64,000 nt of DNA from an uncultured Pelagibacteraceae bacterium (GCA_902633125.1 CACPEZ010000004.1:18143-82142); one strand, 5' to 3'. Numbered from the stretch's first letter, positions 1-10,325 are shown. The notes: generated by a model from the sequence alone, not told the origin. Numbers and translations: made by a program.

Positions 1-2
1 TT

Positions 3-2405
3 TTACTTCAAGACTACACTGGAATTCCTGCAGTTGCAGATTTAGCTGCAATGAGAGAGGCTGTAAAAGAAAAAAATAAAGATCCAAGCACCATTAATCC
101 ATTATCATCAGTTGATTTGGTAATTGATCACTCTGTACAAGTAGATAAATTTGCAAATAAAAATTCATTAAAAGAAAATGTTGATATTGAATTTAACCGG
201 AATGCTGAAAGATATTCTTTTCTTAAATGGGGGCAGCAAGCATTCAATAATTTTAGAATAGTTCCACCGGGAACTGGAATATGTCATCAAGTCAATCTGG
301 AATACCTTTCAAAAGTTGTTTGGAATGAAAAATATAAAGATGAAGAATATATATTTCCAGATACTTTAGTTGGAACAGATAGTCATACAACTATGGTAAA
401 CGGTCTATCGGTTTTGGGCTGGGGCGTAGGTGGAATTGAAGCTGAAGCTGGAATGTTAGGTCAACCTATTTCGATGTTAATACCTGAAGTTATTGGGTTT
501 GAAATGAAATCAAAAATGCCAGAAGGTACAACAGCAACTGATCTTGTTTTAACCGTAGTTAAAATGTTGAGAGATAAAGGAGTTGTTGGAAAGTTTGTTG
601 AATTCTATGGTGAAGGACTAAAAAATCTGACTTTAGCAGATAGAGCTACTATAGCAAATATGGCACCTGAGTATGGTGCAACTTGTGGTTTTTTCCCAAT
701 TGATGATGAAACTCTAAAATATTTAAAATTCTCAGGAAGAGATGATCAAAATGTTGAAATTGTAAAACAGTATGCTCAAGAACAAGGACTTTGGGCAAGT
801 TTAGATGTAGAATTTACAGATACTCTATCTTTAGATATGTCAACTATAGTGCCGACTATTTCAGGACCAAAACGTCCTCAAGATAAAGTGTTGCTAACTA
901 ATGCATCATCAAATTTTAAAAAAGTGTTTTCAGAAGTTACAAAAAAAGAAGAACCAAATATTTATAATGTTGAAAAAGAAGAATTTAAAATAACTGATGG
1001 CGATGTTTTAATTGCTGCAATCACTTCTTGCACTAATACTTCAAATCCAAGTGTACTAATTGGAGCAGGTTTACTTGCAAAAAATGCAATTGAAAAAGGT
1101 TTAATGACTAAGCCCTGGGTGAAAACATCTTTAGCACCTGGATCTCAAGTAGTTACAGATTATCTAGAAAAAGCTGGCCTAAATATTTATTTAGATAAGT
1201 TAGGATTTAATTTAGTTGGTTATGGATGCACTACTTGTATTGGTAATTCAGGTCCATTAGCTGATAACATATCAGACTCCATAAAAAATAATAATATTTA
1301 TGCTGTTTCAGTTTTATCTGGAAACAGAAACTTTGAAGGAAGAATTTCACCTCTAATAAAAGCAAACTATTTAGCGTCTCCGCCATTAGTTGTTGCTTAT
1401 GCAATAGCAGGAACTATGAGATTTGATTTGTATAAGGATCCTTTGGGTAAAGATAAAGATGGTAAAGATGTTTTTTTGAAAGATATATGGCCATCTAACA
1501 AAGAAATAGAAGAAACATTGAGAAATTCGTTAAATGCAGAAATGTTTATAAAAAGATACTCAAATGTTTCTCAAGGACCAGAACAATGGCAAAAAATTAA
1601 AACAGAAGAAACCAATATTTATAATTGGGAAGATAATTCAACATATGTAAAAAAACCTCCATTTTTTGATAATCTTCCTGATAAACCTGAAGGATTTAAA
1701 GAAATTAAGGATGCAAGACCACTATTAATATTAGGTGATAGCATTACTACTGATCATATTTCACCTGCTGGATCAATTCAAAAAGATAGTCCGACTGGAG
1801 AATATTTTATGAAACATCAAATACTTCCAAAAGACTATAATTCCTATGGAGCAAGAAGAGGCAATCATGAGGTTATGATGAGAGGGACATTTGCTAATAT
1901 AAGAATTAGAAATGAAATGGCACCTGGTACTGAAGGTGGTTTTACAAAGTTGTACCCTGAGGAAAAAGTAATGCCAGTATATGATGCAGTTGTTGAATAT
2001 AAAAAAAGAGGCACTGATTTAGTTGTAATTGGTGGTAAAGAGTATGGAACTGGTTCCTCAAGAGATTGGGCGGCCAAAGGAACTAAACTTTTAGGTATAA
2101 AAGCTGTTTTTGCAGAAAGTTTTGAGAGAATTCATAGATCAAATCTTATAGGAATGGGTATACTGCCATTACAGTTTAAAGATGGAATAAATAGAACTAA
2201 TCTAAAATTAGATGGCTCAGAACTATTTTCTATTATCGACTTAGAAAAAGGTATAGATCCTAGAGACGAAGTTGATGTTGAAATCAAGTATGTCTCTGGA
2301 GACATCAAGAGAATTAAAATGTTAAGTAGAATAGATACTAAGAACGAATTAGAGTATTACAAAAATGGTGGAATTTTACAATATGTACTTAGGAACATGA
2401 TTTAA
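3..2405 (+). CDS. acnA: Aconitate hydratase A (5'-truncated by window edge)
   Basis: Frame is open from base 3 (LLQDYTGIPAVADLAAMREA), so the real start lies before the window. Motifs DLVIDHSVQVD, GICHQVNLE, DSHTTM, AAITSCTNTSNP, GYGCTTCIGNSG, TTDHISPAG, GSSRDWAAKG. Confidence 0.98.
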   Translation, partial: LLQDYTGIPAVADLAAMREAVKEKNKDPSTINPLSSVDLVIDHSVQVDKFANKNSLKENVDIEFNRNAERYSFLKWGQQAFNNFRIVPPGTGICHQVNLEYLSKVVWNEKYKDEEYIFPDTLVGTDSHTTMVNGLSVLGWGVGGIEAEAGMLGQPISMLIPEVIGFEMKSKMPEGTTATDLVLTVVKMLRDKGVVGKFVEFYGEGLKNLTLADRATIANMAPEYGATCGFFPIDDETLKYLKFSGRDDQNVEIVKQYAQEQGLWASLDVEFTDTLSLDMSTIVPTISGPKRPQDKVLLTNASSNFKKVFSEVTKKEEPNIYNVEKEEFKITDGDVLIAAITSCTNTSNPSVLIGAGLLAKNAIEKGLMTKPWVKTSLAPGSQVVTDYLEKAGLNIYLDKLGFNLVGYGCTTCIGNSGPLADNISDSIKNNNIYAVSVLSGNRNFEGRISPLIKANYLASPPLVVAYAIAGTMRFDLYKDPLGKDKDGKDVFLKDIWPSNKEIEETLRNSLNAEMFIKRYSNVSQGPEQWQKIKTEETNIYNWEDNSTYVKKPPFFDNLPDKPEGFKEIKDARPLLILGDSITTDHISPAGSIQKDSPTGEYFMKHQILPKDYNSYGARRGNHEVMMRGTFANIRIRNEMAPGTEGGFTKLYPEEKVMPVYDAVVEYKKRGTDLVVIGGKEYGTGSSRDWAAKGTKLLGIKAVFAESFERIHRSNLIGMGILPLQFKDGINRTNLKLDGSELFSIIDLEKGIDPRDEVDVEIKYVSGDIKRIKMLSRIDTKNELEYYKNGGILQYVLRNMI

Positions 2406-3049
2406 TGGATGAAGATATTGAAATAATAAATAACCAAACACGTAATGAAAAAATTAAAAATTTTTTCATAAATAATAAAAATTCTTTAATTTCGATATTA
2501 GTAATAATTATTTTTGCTTTAATTGGCTACTTTTCTTTTGAAGAATATCAATCTAGCAAAAGAGAAAAATTAGCTGATAAATACGACTTAGCTGTAATAA
2601 GATATGAGGCTGATAATAAATATAATGTGATCCCAGATCTTAAAGAGGTGATTAATGCTAAAGACAAAACATATTCTCCTCTAGCTTTTTATTTTTTGCT
2701 AGATAACGATTTGATAAATTCAAAAGATGAAATTAACAATTATTTTGATATTTTAATTAATGATATTGGCTTGGATAAAAAGTTTAAAGAGCTAACAATC
2801 TTTAAAAAAGGCCTATACAATTCAGATTTTTCCGATGAAAATGAATTGTTAGCTATTTTTAATCCTTTAATTAAAGCAGATAGTATATGGAAACCACATA
2901 GCCTTTATATTATGGCAGAATATTATTTATCAAAAAATCAAATGCAAAAATCAAAAGAATTTTTTGAGCAAATAGTTAGTCTTGAAAATAATAACTCTAA
3001 AATAAAAGCCAAAGCTCAAAAAAGGCTAAGATCTAGTTTCAGTGAGTAG
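2405..3049 (+). CDS. Single-pass membrane protein with TPR-like helical domain (YfgM/DUF2659-like)
   Basis: N-terminal TM segment then helical repeats. Lies directly upstream of a BamB-like gene, the usual yfgM-bamB order. TAATG overlap with acnA. Confidence 0.7.
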   Translation: MDEDIEIINNQTRNEKIKNFFINNKNSLISILVIIIFALIGYFSFEEYQSSKREKLADKYDLAVIRYEADNKYNVIPDLKEVINAKDKTYSPLAFYFLLDNDLINSKDEINNYFDILINDIGLDKKFKELTIFKKGLYNSDFSDENELLAIFNPLIKADSIWKPHSLYIMAEYYLSKNQMQKSKEFFEQIVSLENNNSKIKAKAQKRLRSSFSE

Positions 3050-4310
3050 GATAGTATTATATTTCGTCTTTTTGCTTTTATTATCAAGTTGTGGTCAAAG
3101 TGATAAATCTGTAGAAAATACTAATTCTAAAATTTTATTTGAAGAAATTAAACCAATTCAACAACAATTAAATCCCAATATACAAATAAATCTATCTAAA
3201 TTTGTTAAAGATAATAGTTTTATAAATAATAATACAAATAATAATGGAAATATAAACTTTGAGCCAACATTTGAAAAAAAGAAAACGTTTAAATTTTCAA
3301 AGATTAGACAGTTTAATTCAATCGATACAGATATTTTATTTATCAAAAATAATGATCTTATTTATTTTGATAACAAAGGCACAATATTCAGAATTAATGA
3401 AAATTTTGAAACTTTGTGGAAAGTAAATCATTACTCAAAGAAAGAGAGAAAACTTAATCCAATATTATATTTTAATTATATAGATAATAAAATTATTGCT
3501 GTTGATACTCTTTCAAATATTTTTTCTTTAAATTTAGATAATGGGGAACTAACCTGGAAGAAGGAAAGTCTATCTCCATTTAATTCAAATATTGCTATAA
3601 AAAATGATAAATTTGTTACTGTTGATTTTGATAATGTAATTAGATGTTTCTCAATAGTAAATGGAGATGAACTATGGAATTTTAAAACAGAAAACACATT
3701 CATTAAATCTCAAAAAAAATTATCTGTAATTATTAAAGATGACATTGTTTATTCACTTAATAATTTGGGCGATCTTACGGCATTAAATATTAAAGACGGG
3801 AGTTTGGTTTGGCAAACACCCACTCAAAGTAACGAGATAAATTTAAGCGCATTTAGTCTTAAAAATTCAGACATGATTTTGAATAATCAATCAATATATT
3901 TTTCAAATAATAAAAACGAATTATTTTCAATTGATGCAAGTACTGGAATAGTAAAATGGAAGCAAACAGTAAACTCCAGTTTAAAGCCTACGATTTCTGA
4001 AAATTATATTTTTAATATTTCTGAGGAAGGATATTTATTTGTAATTAATACTGAGACTGGAAATATAATCAGGATCACAGATGTTTTCTCAACATTTAAA
4101 AAAAGAGAAAAAATTACACCAGTAGGCTTTGTTATTGCTAAAAATAAAATTTATTTGTCTACCAATAATGGACGAATTTTGATTATTAATTTAATTAATT
4201 CTGAAACAGAGAAAGTAATTAAATTTAATAATGGAAAAATATCGAGGCCATTTATTAATAATACTAATATTTTCTTAATTAAAAATAATGGAATTATAAG
4301 ATCAAATTAA
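3042..4310 (+). CDS. PQQ-type beta-propeller lipoprotein (BamB-like)
   Basis: Lipobox LLLSSC. Repeated ALxxxxGxxxW propeller motifs (SLNLDNGELTW, ALNIKDGSLVW, SIDASTGIVKW). Confidence 0.8.
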   Translation: MSRIVLYFVFLLLLSSCGQSDKSVENTNSKILFEEIKPIQQQLNPNIQINLSKFVKDNSFINNNTNNNGNINFEPTFEKKKTFKFSKIRQFNSIDTDILFIKNNDLIYFDNKGTIFRINENFETLWKVNHYSKKERKLNPILYFNYIDNKIIAVDTLSNIFSLNLDNGELTWKKESLSPFNSNIAIKNDKFVTVDFDNVIRCFSIVNGDELWNFKTENTFIKSQKKLSVIIKDDIVYSLNNLGDLTALNIKDGSLVWQTPTQSNEINLSAFSLKNSDMILNNQSIYFSNNKNELFSIDASTGIVKWKQTVNSSLKPTISENYIFNISEEGYLFVINTETGNIIRITDVFSTFKKREKITPVGFVIAKNKIYLSTNNGRILIINLINSETEKVIKFNNGKISRPFINNTNIFLIKNNGIIRSN

Positions 4311-4741
4311 TGTTATTGAAATTTTTAGAAAAAATTGGAAGAAAAAAGGTAGTTTTAGATAGGGGGCCGTCTCACCCAAAATTTAATGAAGCCAAACCAT
4401 GGATGAATAGATATTATTTATTATTTAGGAATAGACCAAAATGGTTTCCATTTAATATATTAATTCATGAAATGTTAGATGATGATCATGGGGATGGAGT
4501 TCATAATCATCTATTCCCTTATATTACAATAATTTTGAGAGGTGGTTATTGGGAAACTACTAAAAAAGGCAAATTCTGGAGAAAACCTGGATATATTGGA
4601 TTTAGATCAGCCAATGCATATCATAGAGTAGACCTTGAGCCAGGAACAAGGCCAATGACAATTTTTATCTCTGGACCTTTTGGTTTAAGAAAAGGACCAA
4701 GATCAGAATACGGTATCGATTTTAATTCAAAAAAGAATTAA
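4310..4741 (+). CDS. Small cupin-fold protein of unknown function
   Basis: Cupin-like motifs HNH-x7-LRGGYWE and HRVDL. TAATG-coupled on both sides. Confidence 0.65.
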   Translation: MLLKFLEKIGRKKVVLDRGPSHPKFNEAKPWMNRYYLLFRNRPKWFPFNILIHEMLDDDHGDGVHNHLFPYITIILRGGYWETTKKGKFWRKPGYIGFRSANAYHRVDLEPGTRPMTIFISGPFGLRKGPRSEYGIDFNSKKN

Positions 4742-5796
4742 TGCAAAAAAGTTTTGTTAAAGAGTTTAAACTTTACTGCAAAAAAAAAAATTTAGATGTT
4801 AATTCGCACCAGATAAAACTCATAAAAACATTAGAAGAATATTATAAATTAAACTACAAATCATTTATCTCAAAAATTTTATCAAAAAAAAATTATAAAA
4901 AAGGCTTTTATCTTTATGGAGATGTTGGTGTCGGCAAAACCATGATATTAGATTTTTTTTTCAACTTAGTTGAGGGTAAAAAATTAAAACTTCACTTCAA
5001 TGAGTTTATGGTTAGCTTTCACGATTTTGTGCACCAATCCAAAGTTAAAAATGATGAAAATAAAATAAGAAAATTTGTTAAAAAATTAAAATCGAGAGCA
5101 AAATTAATATATTTTGACGAGTTTCAAGTTACAAATATAGTAGACGCAATGATACTTGGAAAATTATTTGATGAAATATTTAAAGAAGATTTAAAAATTA
5201 TTGTAACTTCTAATATAAAAATAGAAAATTTGTACAAAGATGGGTTGCAAAGAGATCAATTCAAACCTTTTATAAAAATAATGCAAAAGCAATCATTTGA
5301 ATATCAATTAAATATAGATGATGATTACAGAAAATCCAAAGATAATAAGACTAAAAGATATTACTCACCTTTAAATCAAGAAAACAATTTTAAAATAAAC
5401 AAATTATTTAGAGTGATGACTAAAAATAAGGTTTTAAAAGAAAAGATTTTAAACATTAAAGGAAGAAAATTTATTTTAAAAAATTTTTATGATGGAATTG
5501 TTCGATTAACTTTTAAAGAAGTATGTGATAAAAATTTAGGATCAGAGGATTATATTAAAATAGTAAAAAATTGTTTTTTTATAGTTATGGAAAATATACC
5601 AGCATTTAATGATTTAAATTCAAATCAACAACAAAGATTTATTACTTTTTTAGATATCGTGTATGATCAAAATATACCTATGGCCATTACTGCAGAACAA
5701 AATATTGATAAACTCACATCATCAAGATTATTGGAAAAACCATTTAAGCGAACCATTAGCCGATTATATGAACTAACATCTAAAAAGTATTTATGA
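4741..5796 (+). CDS. zapE: Cell division ATPase ZapE (AFG1 family)
   Basis: GFYLYGDVGVGKT Walker A, LHFNEFM, FDEFQVTNIVDAMIL, TSN, LYKDGLQR, FKRTISRLYE. Confidence 0.93.
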   Translation: MQKSFVKEFKLYCKKKNLDVNSHQIKLIKTLEEYYKLNYKSFISKILSKKNYKKGFYLYGDVGVGKTMILDFFFNLVEGKKLKLHFNEFMVSFHDFVHQSKVKNDENKIRKFVKKLKSRAKLIYFDEFQVTNIVDAMILGKLFDEIFKEDLKIIVTSNIKIENLYKDGLQRDQFKPFIKIMQKQSFEYQLNIDDDYRKSKDNKTKRYYSPLNQENNFKINKLFRVMTKNKVLKEKILNIKGRKFILKNFYDGIVRLTFKEVCDKNLGSEDYIKIVKNCFFIVMENIPAFNDLNSNQQQRFITFLDIVYDQNIPMAITAEQNIDKLTSSRLLEKPFKRTISRLYELTSKKYL

Positions 5797-6212
5797 GACA
5801 AGAATTTTTTAATCTTGAACTTAAAACAAATGGTCAAAAATTATATGAATTTACCGATCAAACGCTAGACTGGATAAATAAAAATAATTTTAATAATGGT
5901 ATTTTAAATTTAAGCATTCAGCACACTAGTGCATCTTTAATTGTTCAAGAAAATGCTGATCCTGATGTTCAATCAGATTTAATTAATTATTTTGATAAAA
6001 TTGCTCCAATGGATAATAAATTATATATTCATACAATAGAAGGTAAGGACGATATGCCAGCTCATATAAAGTCTGCTTTAACTAACAATCAAATATCCCT
6101 CAGTATAAAAAACAAACAACTTTTGTTAGGAACGTGGCAAGGAATTTACCTTTTTGAACATAGGCTAGCTTCCACAAAAAGGCTAATTATTCATCATTTT
6201 ATTGGAGATTAA
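5793..6212 (+). CDS. yjbQ: YjbQ / UPF0047 family protein (secondary thiamine-phosphate synthase)
   Basis: QHTSASL, ENADPDV, EGKDDMPAHIKS, LGTWQGIYLFEHR signature. Confidence 0.92.
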   Translation: MRQEFFNLELKTNGQKLYEFTDQTLDWINKNNFNNGILNLSIQHTSASLIVQENADPDVQSDLINYFDKIAPMDNKLYIHTIEGKDDMPAHIKSALTNNQISLSIKNKQLLLGTWQGIYLFEHRLASTKRLIIHHFIGD

Positions 6213-7631
6213 TTAATTTTTTAAAGTTTGAAATGCTTTGAGAGCTGCGTTTCTAGCTTCTTCATGCACGACTAATGGGGAAGGGTAGTCCGAACCAATT
6301 TTAGTTTTTATAGCTTCCTGATATTTTGTTTCCATCTCCCATGGTTTATGAATAAATTTACTTGGAACTCTCTCAAGTTCAGGCACCCATTTTTTTACAT
6401 ACAAACCTTGTTTATCAAATTTTTCACCCTGCAATATAGGATTAAAAATTCTAAAATAAGGGGCTGCATCTGCACCACAGCCAGCAACCCATTGCCATTG
6501 TGCAACATTGTTTGCTTCATTAAAATCTAACAAACAATTTCTAAAATATTTTTCACCCTCTTTCCAATTAATTCTTAAATGTTTTACAAGAAAAGAACCA
6601 ACTACCATTCTAATTCTATTATGCATCCAACCTGTTTCATAAAGTTGTCTCATCCCAGCATCAACAATTGGGTATCCAGTCATACCATTTTTCCAAGCTT
6701 TCAAATTTTTTGCATTTTTATCCCATGGAAATTTATCAAATTCTTTTCTTAAATTACCTTTTAGCATTTGAGGGAAGTAATTAATCAAACTATGAGAAAA
6801 TTCTCTCCATCCTAATTCATTAAGATATTTTTTAACACTAACATTTTTTGATTTATATTTATAACATTTGTCCCAAATATTACTTACGTGTATTTGTCCA
6901 TTTCTTATAAATGGTGAAAGTTTTGATGAACCATTTATAGCAGGATAATCTCTATCAACTCCATATTTCGACATTCTATTTTCGACAAAATCATTTAAAT
7001 ATTTTTCGGATTGTTTTTCAGATGGATCCCAATATTTTTCAAATTTTTTATACCAATTTTTCTTTGGTAAAATTTGATCTGGAATGTTATTATTCTTGAA
7101 TAATTTTATTTTGCTCTTAACTTTTTTTACGTTTAATGATTTGCTTGGGATACTATCTAAGTAAATTTGCTCTCCAACTCTCCAAAAAGGACTATAAACT
7201 TTATAGGGGCTTCCATCATCTTTAGTAACATTATTATATTCATTGAGAACATTTCCTTTAAAGCATTTTGATAGTATTTTGTTTTTTTCAAAAATTTTAA
7301 TGAGATCATTATCTAACTTTAATTGAGATGGCTCATATATTTTATTCCAAAATATTGAAATTTCTTGTTTGCCTTTGATTTTACTAAAAAAAGTTATCTC
7401 ATCAGAAAATACTAATTCTAATTCAATATTGTATTTAATTAATTCATCTTTAAAATTTATTAATGATTTACTTACCCACCATTTTTGTGCTTCTCTAACA
7501 TCATCAAAGTTTTCCTTGTTGTAAATATATAATGCTGTGACAGTATCATAATTATTTGTTGCATAAGATAATGCAGAATTATTTTTTATTCTAAAATCAT
7601 CTCTTATCCAAACAACAGCTTTTTTTGACAT
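6213..7631 (-). CDS. phrB: Deoxyribodipyrimidine photolyase (class I CPD)
   Basis: WIRDDFRIKNN, SKLSPFIRNG, ELGWREF, TGYPIVDAGMRQLYETGWMHNRIRM, WQWVAGCGADAAPYFRIFNP. Confidence 0.95.
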   Translation of the reverse strand: MSKKAVVWIRDDFRIKNNSALSYATNNYDTVTALYIYNKENFDDVREAQKWWVSKSLINFKDELIKYNIELELVFSDEITFFSKIKGKQEISIFWNKIYEPSQLKLDNDLIKIFEKNKILSKCFKGNVLNEYNNVTKDDGSPYKVYSPFWRVGEQIYLDSIPSKSLNVKKVKSKIKLFKNNNIPDQILPKKNWYKKFEKYWDPSEKQSEKYLNDFVENRMSKYGVDRDYPAINGSSKLSPFIRNGQIHVSNIWDKCYKYKSKNVSVKKYLNELGWREFSHSLINYFPQMLKGNLRKEFDKFPWDKNAKNLKAWKNGMTGYPIVDAGMRQLYETGWMHNRIRMVVGSFLVKHLRINWKEGEKYFRNCLLDFNEANNVAQWQWVAGCGADAAPYFRIFNPILQGEKFDKQGLYVKKWVPELERVPSKFIHKPWEMETKYQEAIKTKIGSDYPSPLVVHEEARNAALKAFQTLKN

Positions 7632-7636
7632 ATAAT

Positions 7637-8770
7637 TTACTTTCTGCCTTTAGATAGCAATTGTTTGTAAAGTTTTACATCTGCATTACCTTCGCATCCA
7701 ATAACTAAAACGTTAGATTTTTCGTTAAGATTTATTAATTTCTTTGTTTTAGGATTATTACAGAGACTTATAAGACTGATAATTCCTGGTGTTGCACATT
7801 CACCACCTATTATTGATCTTTTACTCAGTTTCTTGTCTTTAAGCATTGCAACAGTTTTAGGAACTTTTGAGTCATTTACAGTGACACAACAATCACTAGC
7901 CTTTTTTAATACATGCCAAGGTATGAGAGACATTTCATTGCATGACATACCACCCATTATACTTTCTTTTTTTATTTTAATTTTTTTTAAACTTTTGCTT
8001 TTTATGCTTTGAAGTACACAATCAGCTCCATCAGGTTCAACTATTATTATTTTAGGAATTCTCTTGAAATATTTTGCAACTCCAGCAACTACACCTGCTG
8101 CCATGCCACCAACACCAGCTTGAAGGAATATATGTGTAATATAATGCGTAGTTTGTTTTGAAATTTCTTTAATCATAATTGAATAACCAGCCATAGTTAA
8201 CAAAGGAACATAACTATAATTCTTCGTAGATACATCTTGAACAATATTCCAATTATTCTTTTTTGATAATTTTTTACACTCGTTTAATGAATTTTCGTAA
8301 TTACCTTTTACTCGAATTACATCGGCTCCAAATTTTTCAATTTCTTTTACTCTCTCTTCACTTACATATTGACTAACAAAAATTTTACATTGTAAACCCA
8401 ATCTTTGAGCACCCCAAGCAACTGATCTACCATGATTTCCAGCTGTTGCAGATGATATTATTATATTTTTTTTCTTTTTAGATATTTTTTCTACGGCATA
8501 TGCACCACCTAAAGCTTTAAATGATTTTAAATGAAATCTTTTCGACTCATCTTTGTAAAAAATATTATTAAGTTTTAAATTTTTGTTTAGTTTCTCTAAT
8601 TTTAATAACGGTGTTTTTTTATAGTATTTCCACTTAGATATAGAATTAAAAGCATCAGTGATTATTTTTGACGAAATAATATTTAAAATATAGTTTCGAT
8701 TAAAACTATAATTTTTATTCGATAAAAATTTTGTATATTTCCATTTTCTATAACTATCAAAGCTTTTCAC
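7637..8770 (-). CDS. dpaL: Diaminopropionate ammonia-lyase family PLP enzyme
   Basis: KDESKRFHLKSFKALGG (PLP lysine), ATAGNHGRSVAWGA, VQDVS, QAGVGGMA. GTG start 1 nt after the glnT stop. Confidence 0.82.
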   Translation of the reverse strand: MKSFDSYRKWKYTKFLSNKNYSFNRNYILNIISSKIITDAFNSISKWKYYKKTPLLKLEKLNKNLKLNNIFYKDESKRFHLKSFKALGGAYAVEKISKKKKNIIISSATAGNHGRSVAWGAQRLGLQCKIFVSQYVSEERVKEIEKFGADVIRVKGNYENSLNECKKLSKKNNWNIVQDVSTKNYSYVPLLTMAGYSIMIKEISKQTTHYITHIFLQAGVGGMAAGVVAGVAKYFKRIPKIIIVEPDGADCVLQSIKSKSLKKIKIKKESIMGGMSCNEMSLIPWHVLKKASDCCVTVNDSKVPKTVAMLKDKKLSKRSIIGGECATPGIISLISLCNNPKTKKLINLNEKSNVLVIGCEGNADVKLYKQLLSKGRK

Positions 8771-8771
8771 T

Positions 8772-10097
8772 TTAACAGTCTAGAGTATTCTGTCTTTCCC
8801 ATTTTGTAATTGGTTTGGACTTGTCAAATTTTTCGTTATCATTAAAATCTTTTAATTCCGAAGTCCTTAACTTGACATAACTTTTAATTACTTCTTTTCC
8901 AAATGCCTTATTCATTTCTTTATTATTTTCAATTTTATCAAGAGAATCTTTTAGTTCATTTGGTAATTTAGAAAGGTTTGGATATTTTTTATAATCCTCA
9001 TACATATTGCAAAAAAGAGGTTTGCCAGGATTAATTCTTTTACTTAATCCCTCTATTCCTGCAGCTAATACACTAGCTTGAAGTAAATAAGGATTTGCGG
9101 ATCCATCCATAAGTCTTAATTCAAATCTTCCCGGATCAGGAACCCTTATCATATGTGTACGGTTATTTCCTGAATATGATATACTGCTCGGAGACCATGT
9201 GGCACCAGATTTTGTTGGAGCAGCATTTATTCGTCTGTAACTATTTATTGTTGGATTAAAAAAAGTAGATAAGGATGAAGCATGCTTCATGATACCTCCT
9301 AAAAAGTTATAAGCTGTCTTGCTTAGCCCAAGCTTATCATGTTTATCAAGAAAGATATTTTTCTTTCCTTTCCATAAAGAAATATGTGCATGACATCCGT
9401 TACCAGTTAAATTTTCAAAAGGTTTTGGCATAAATGTTGCTCTCAAATCATGCTTTTCTGCAATAGTTTTAACCATAAATTTAAAAAAAGTGTGTCTATC
9501 AGCAGTTTTTAGACAATCTGAATAATCCCAATTCATTTCAAATTGCCCATTAGCATCTTCGTGGTCATTTTGATAAGGACCCCATCCCATTTCAATCATA
9601 CAATCACATATTTCTTTTATAAGCTCATATCTTCTCATTAATGAAGACTGGTCATAACAAGGTTTAGATTGAGTATCTCTATTATCTGCAATTGCGTTCC
9701 CATCAGGAGAAATCAAAAAATACTCACACTCCACACCTGACTTCATGCTATATTCCAATTCAGATAATTTTTTTATTTGTTTTTTTAACATCACTCTTGG
9801 TGAAGCATCGACTGGTTTACCATTCATCCATAAATCTGAAGCTAGCCAACCAACTTCTTTATTCCATGGTAGTTGAATTAAACTGTCAGGATCAGGTATT
9901 GCAAACATATCAGAATCAGCTGGTGTCATATCTAGCCAAGCTGCAAATCCAGCAAATCCAGCACCATTTACTTGCATATCTTTTATTGCATGAGCAGGAA
10001 CCAATTTTGATCTTAAGACACCAAATAAATCTACAAAACTTATCAAAAAATATTTAATTTTTTTTTGTTTTGAAATTTTAAATAAATTTTTTGCCAT
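8772..10097 (-). CDS. glnT: Type III glutamate-amine ligase, gamma-glutamylmethylamide synthetase (GlnT/GmaS)
   Basis: KYFLISFVDLFG-RSKLVPA, GAGFAGFAAW, GVECEYFL, KPCYDQ, YQNDHEDANGQFEMNW, GATWSP, GNNRTH, RFELRLMDGSANPYL. These are typical of GmaS, and the gene sits in a methylamine cluster. Confidence 0.9.
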   Translation of the reverse strand: MAKNLFKISKQKKIKYFLISFVDLFGVLRSKLVPAHAIKDMQVNGAGFAGFAAWLDMTPADSDMFAIPDPDSLIQLPWNKEVGWLASDLWMNGKPVDASPRVMLKKQIKKLSELEYSMKSGVECEYFLISPDGNAIADNRDTQSKPCYDQSSLMRRYELIKEICDCMIEMGWGPYQNDHEDANGQFEMNWDYSDCLKTADRHTFFKFMVKTIAEKHDLRATFMPKPFENLTGNGCHAHISLWKGKKNIFLDKHDKLGLSKTAYNFLGGIMKHASSLSTFFNPTINSYRRINAAPTKSGATWSPSSISYSGNNRTHMIRVPDPGRFELRLMDGSANPYLLQASVLAAGIEGLSKRINPGKPLFCNMYEDYKKYPNLSKLPNELKDSLDKIENNKEMNKAFGKEVIKSYVKLRTSELKDFNDNEKFDKSKPITKWERQNTLDC

Positions 10098-10114
10098 CTA
10101 ATAACGTAACACAA

Positions 10115-10279
10115 TTATTTAAAAAATGATAAAAAGAAATCTTTGTAATAAATTAAATTTACACCAATAATAATTAATATCGCTATAATTACTCCATACT
10201 TTGCTTTTGGCCATGCAAGACGTGCCATTTTGCTAGGAGTTTTATTTTCATTTTGATTATTTTCTTCAGAATTTTGCAT
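10115..10279 (-). CDS. Small membrane protein (54 aa), not in ORF track
   Basis: Hand translation MQNSEENNQNENKTPSKMARLAWPKAKYGVIIAILIIIGVNLIYYKDFFLSFFK*. One hydrophobic helix; fills the gap upstream of glnT on the same strand. Confidence 0.55.
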   Translation of the reverse strand: MQNSEENNQNENKTPSKMARLAWPKAKYGVIIAILIIIGVNLIYYKDFFLSFFK

Positions 10280-10280
10280 T

Positions 10281-10318
10281 AAAAAAAAAAGAGGGCACAG
10301 TATTTCATGCGCCCTCTT
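10281..10318 (-). terminator. Rho-independent terminator after amt / small protein
   Basis: Minus strand AAGAGGGCGCA-TGAAATAC-TGTGCCCTC followed by 10 T. Confidence 0.85.
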
Positions 10319-10325
10319 AAAAGTT

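Noticed and set aside
51-2405. ORF-track start of acnA at 51
   Set aside because: The frame is open upstream with conserved LQDYTGIPAVADLAAM, so the true start is outside the window. Not a truncated gene or pseudogene.
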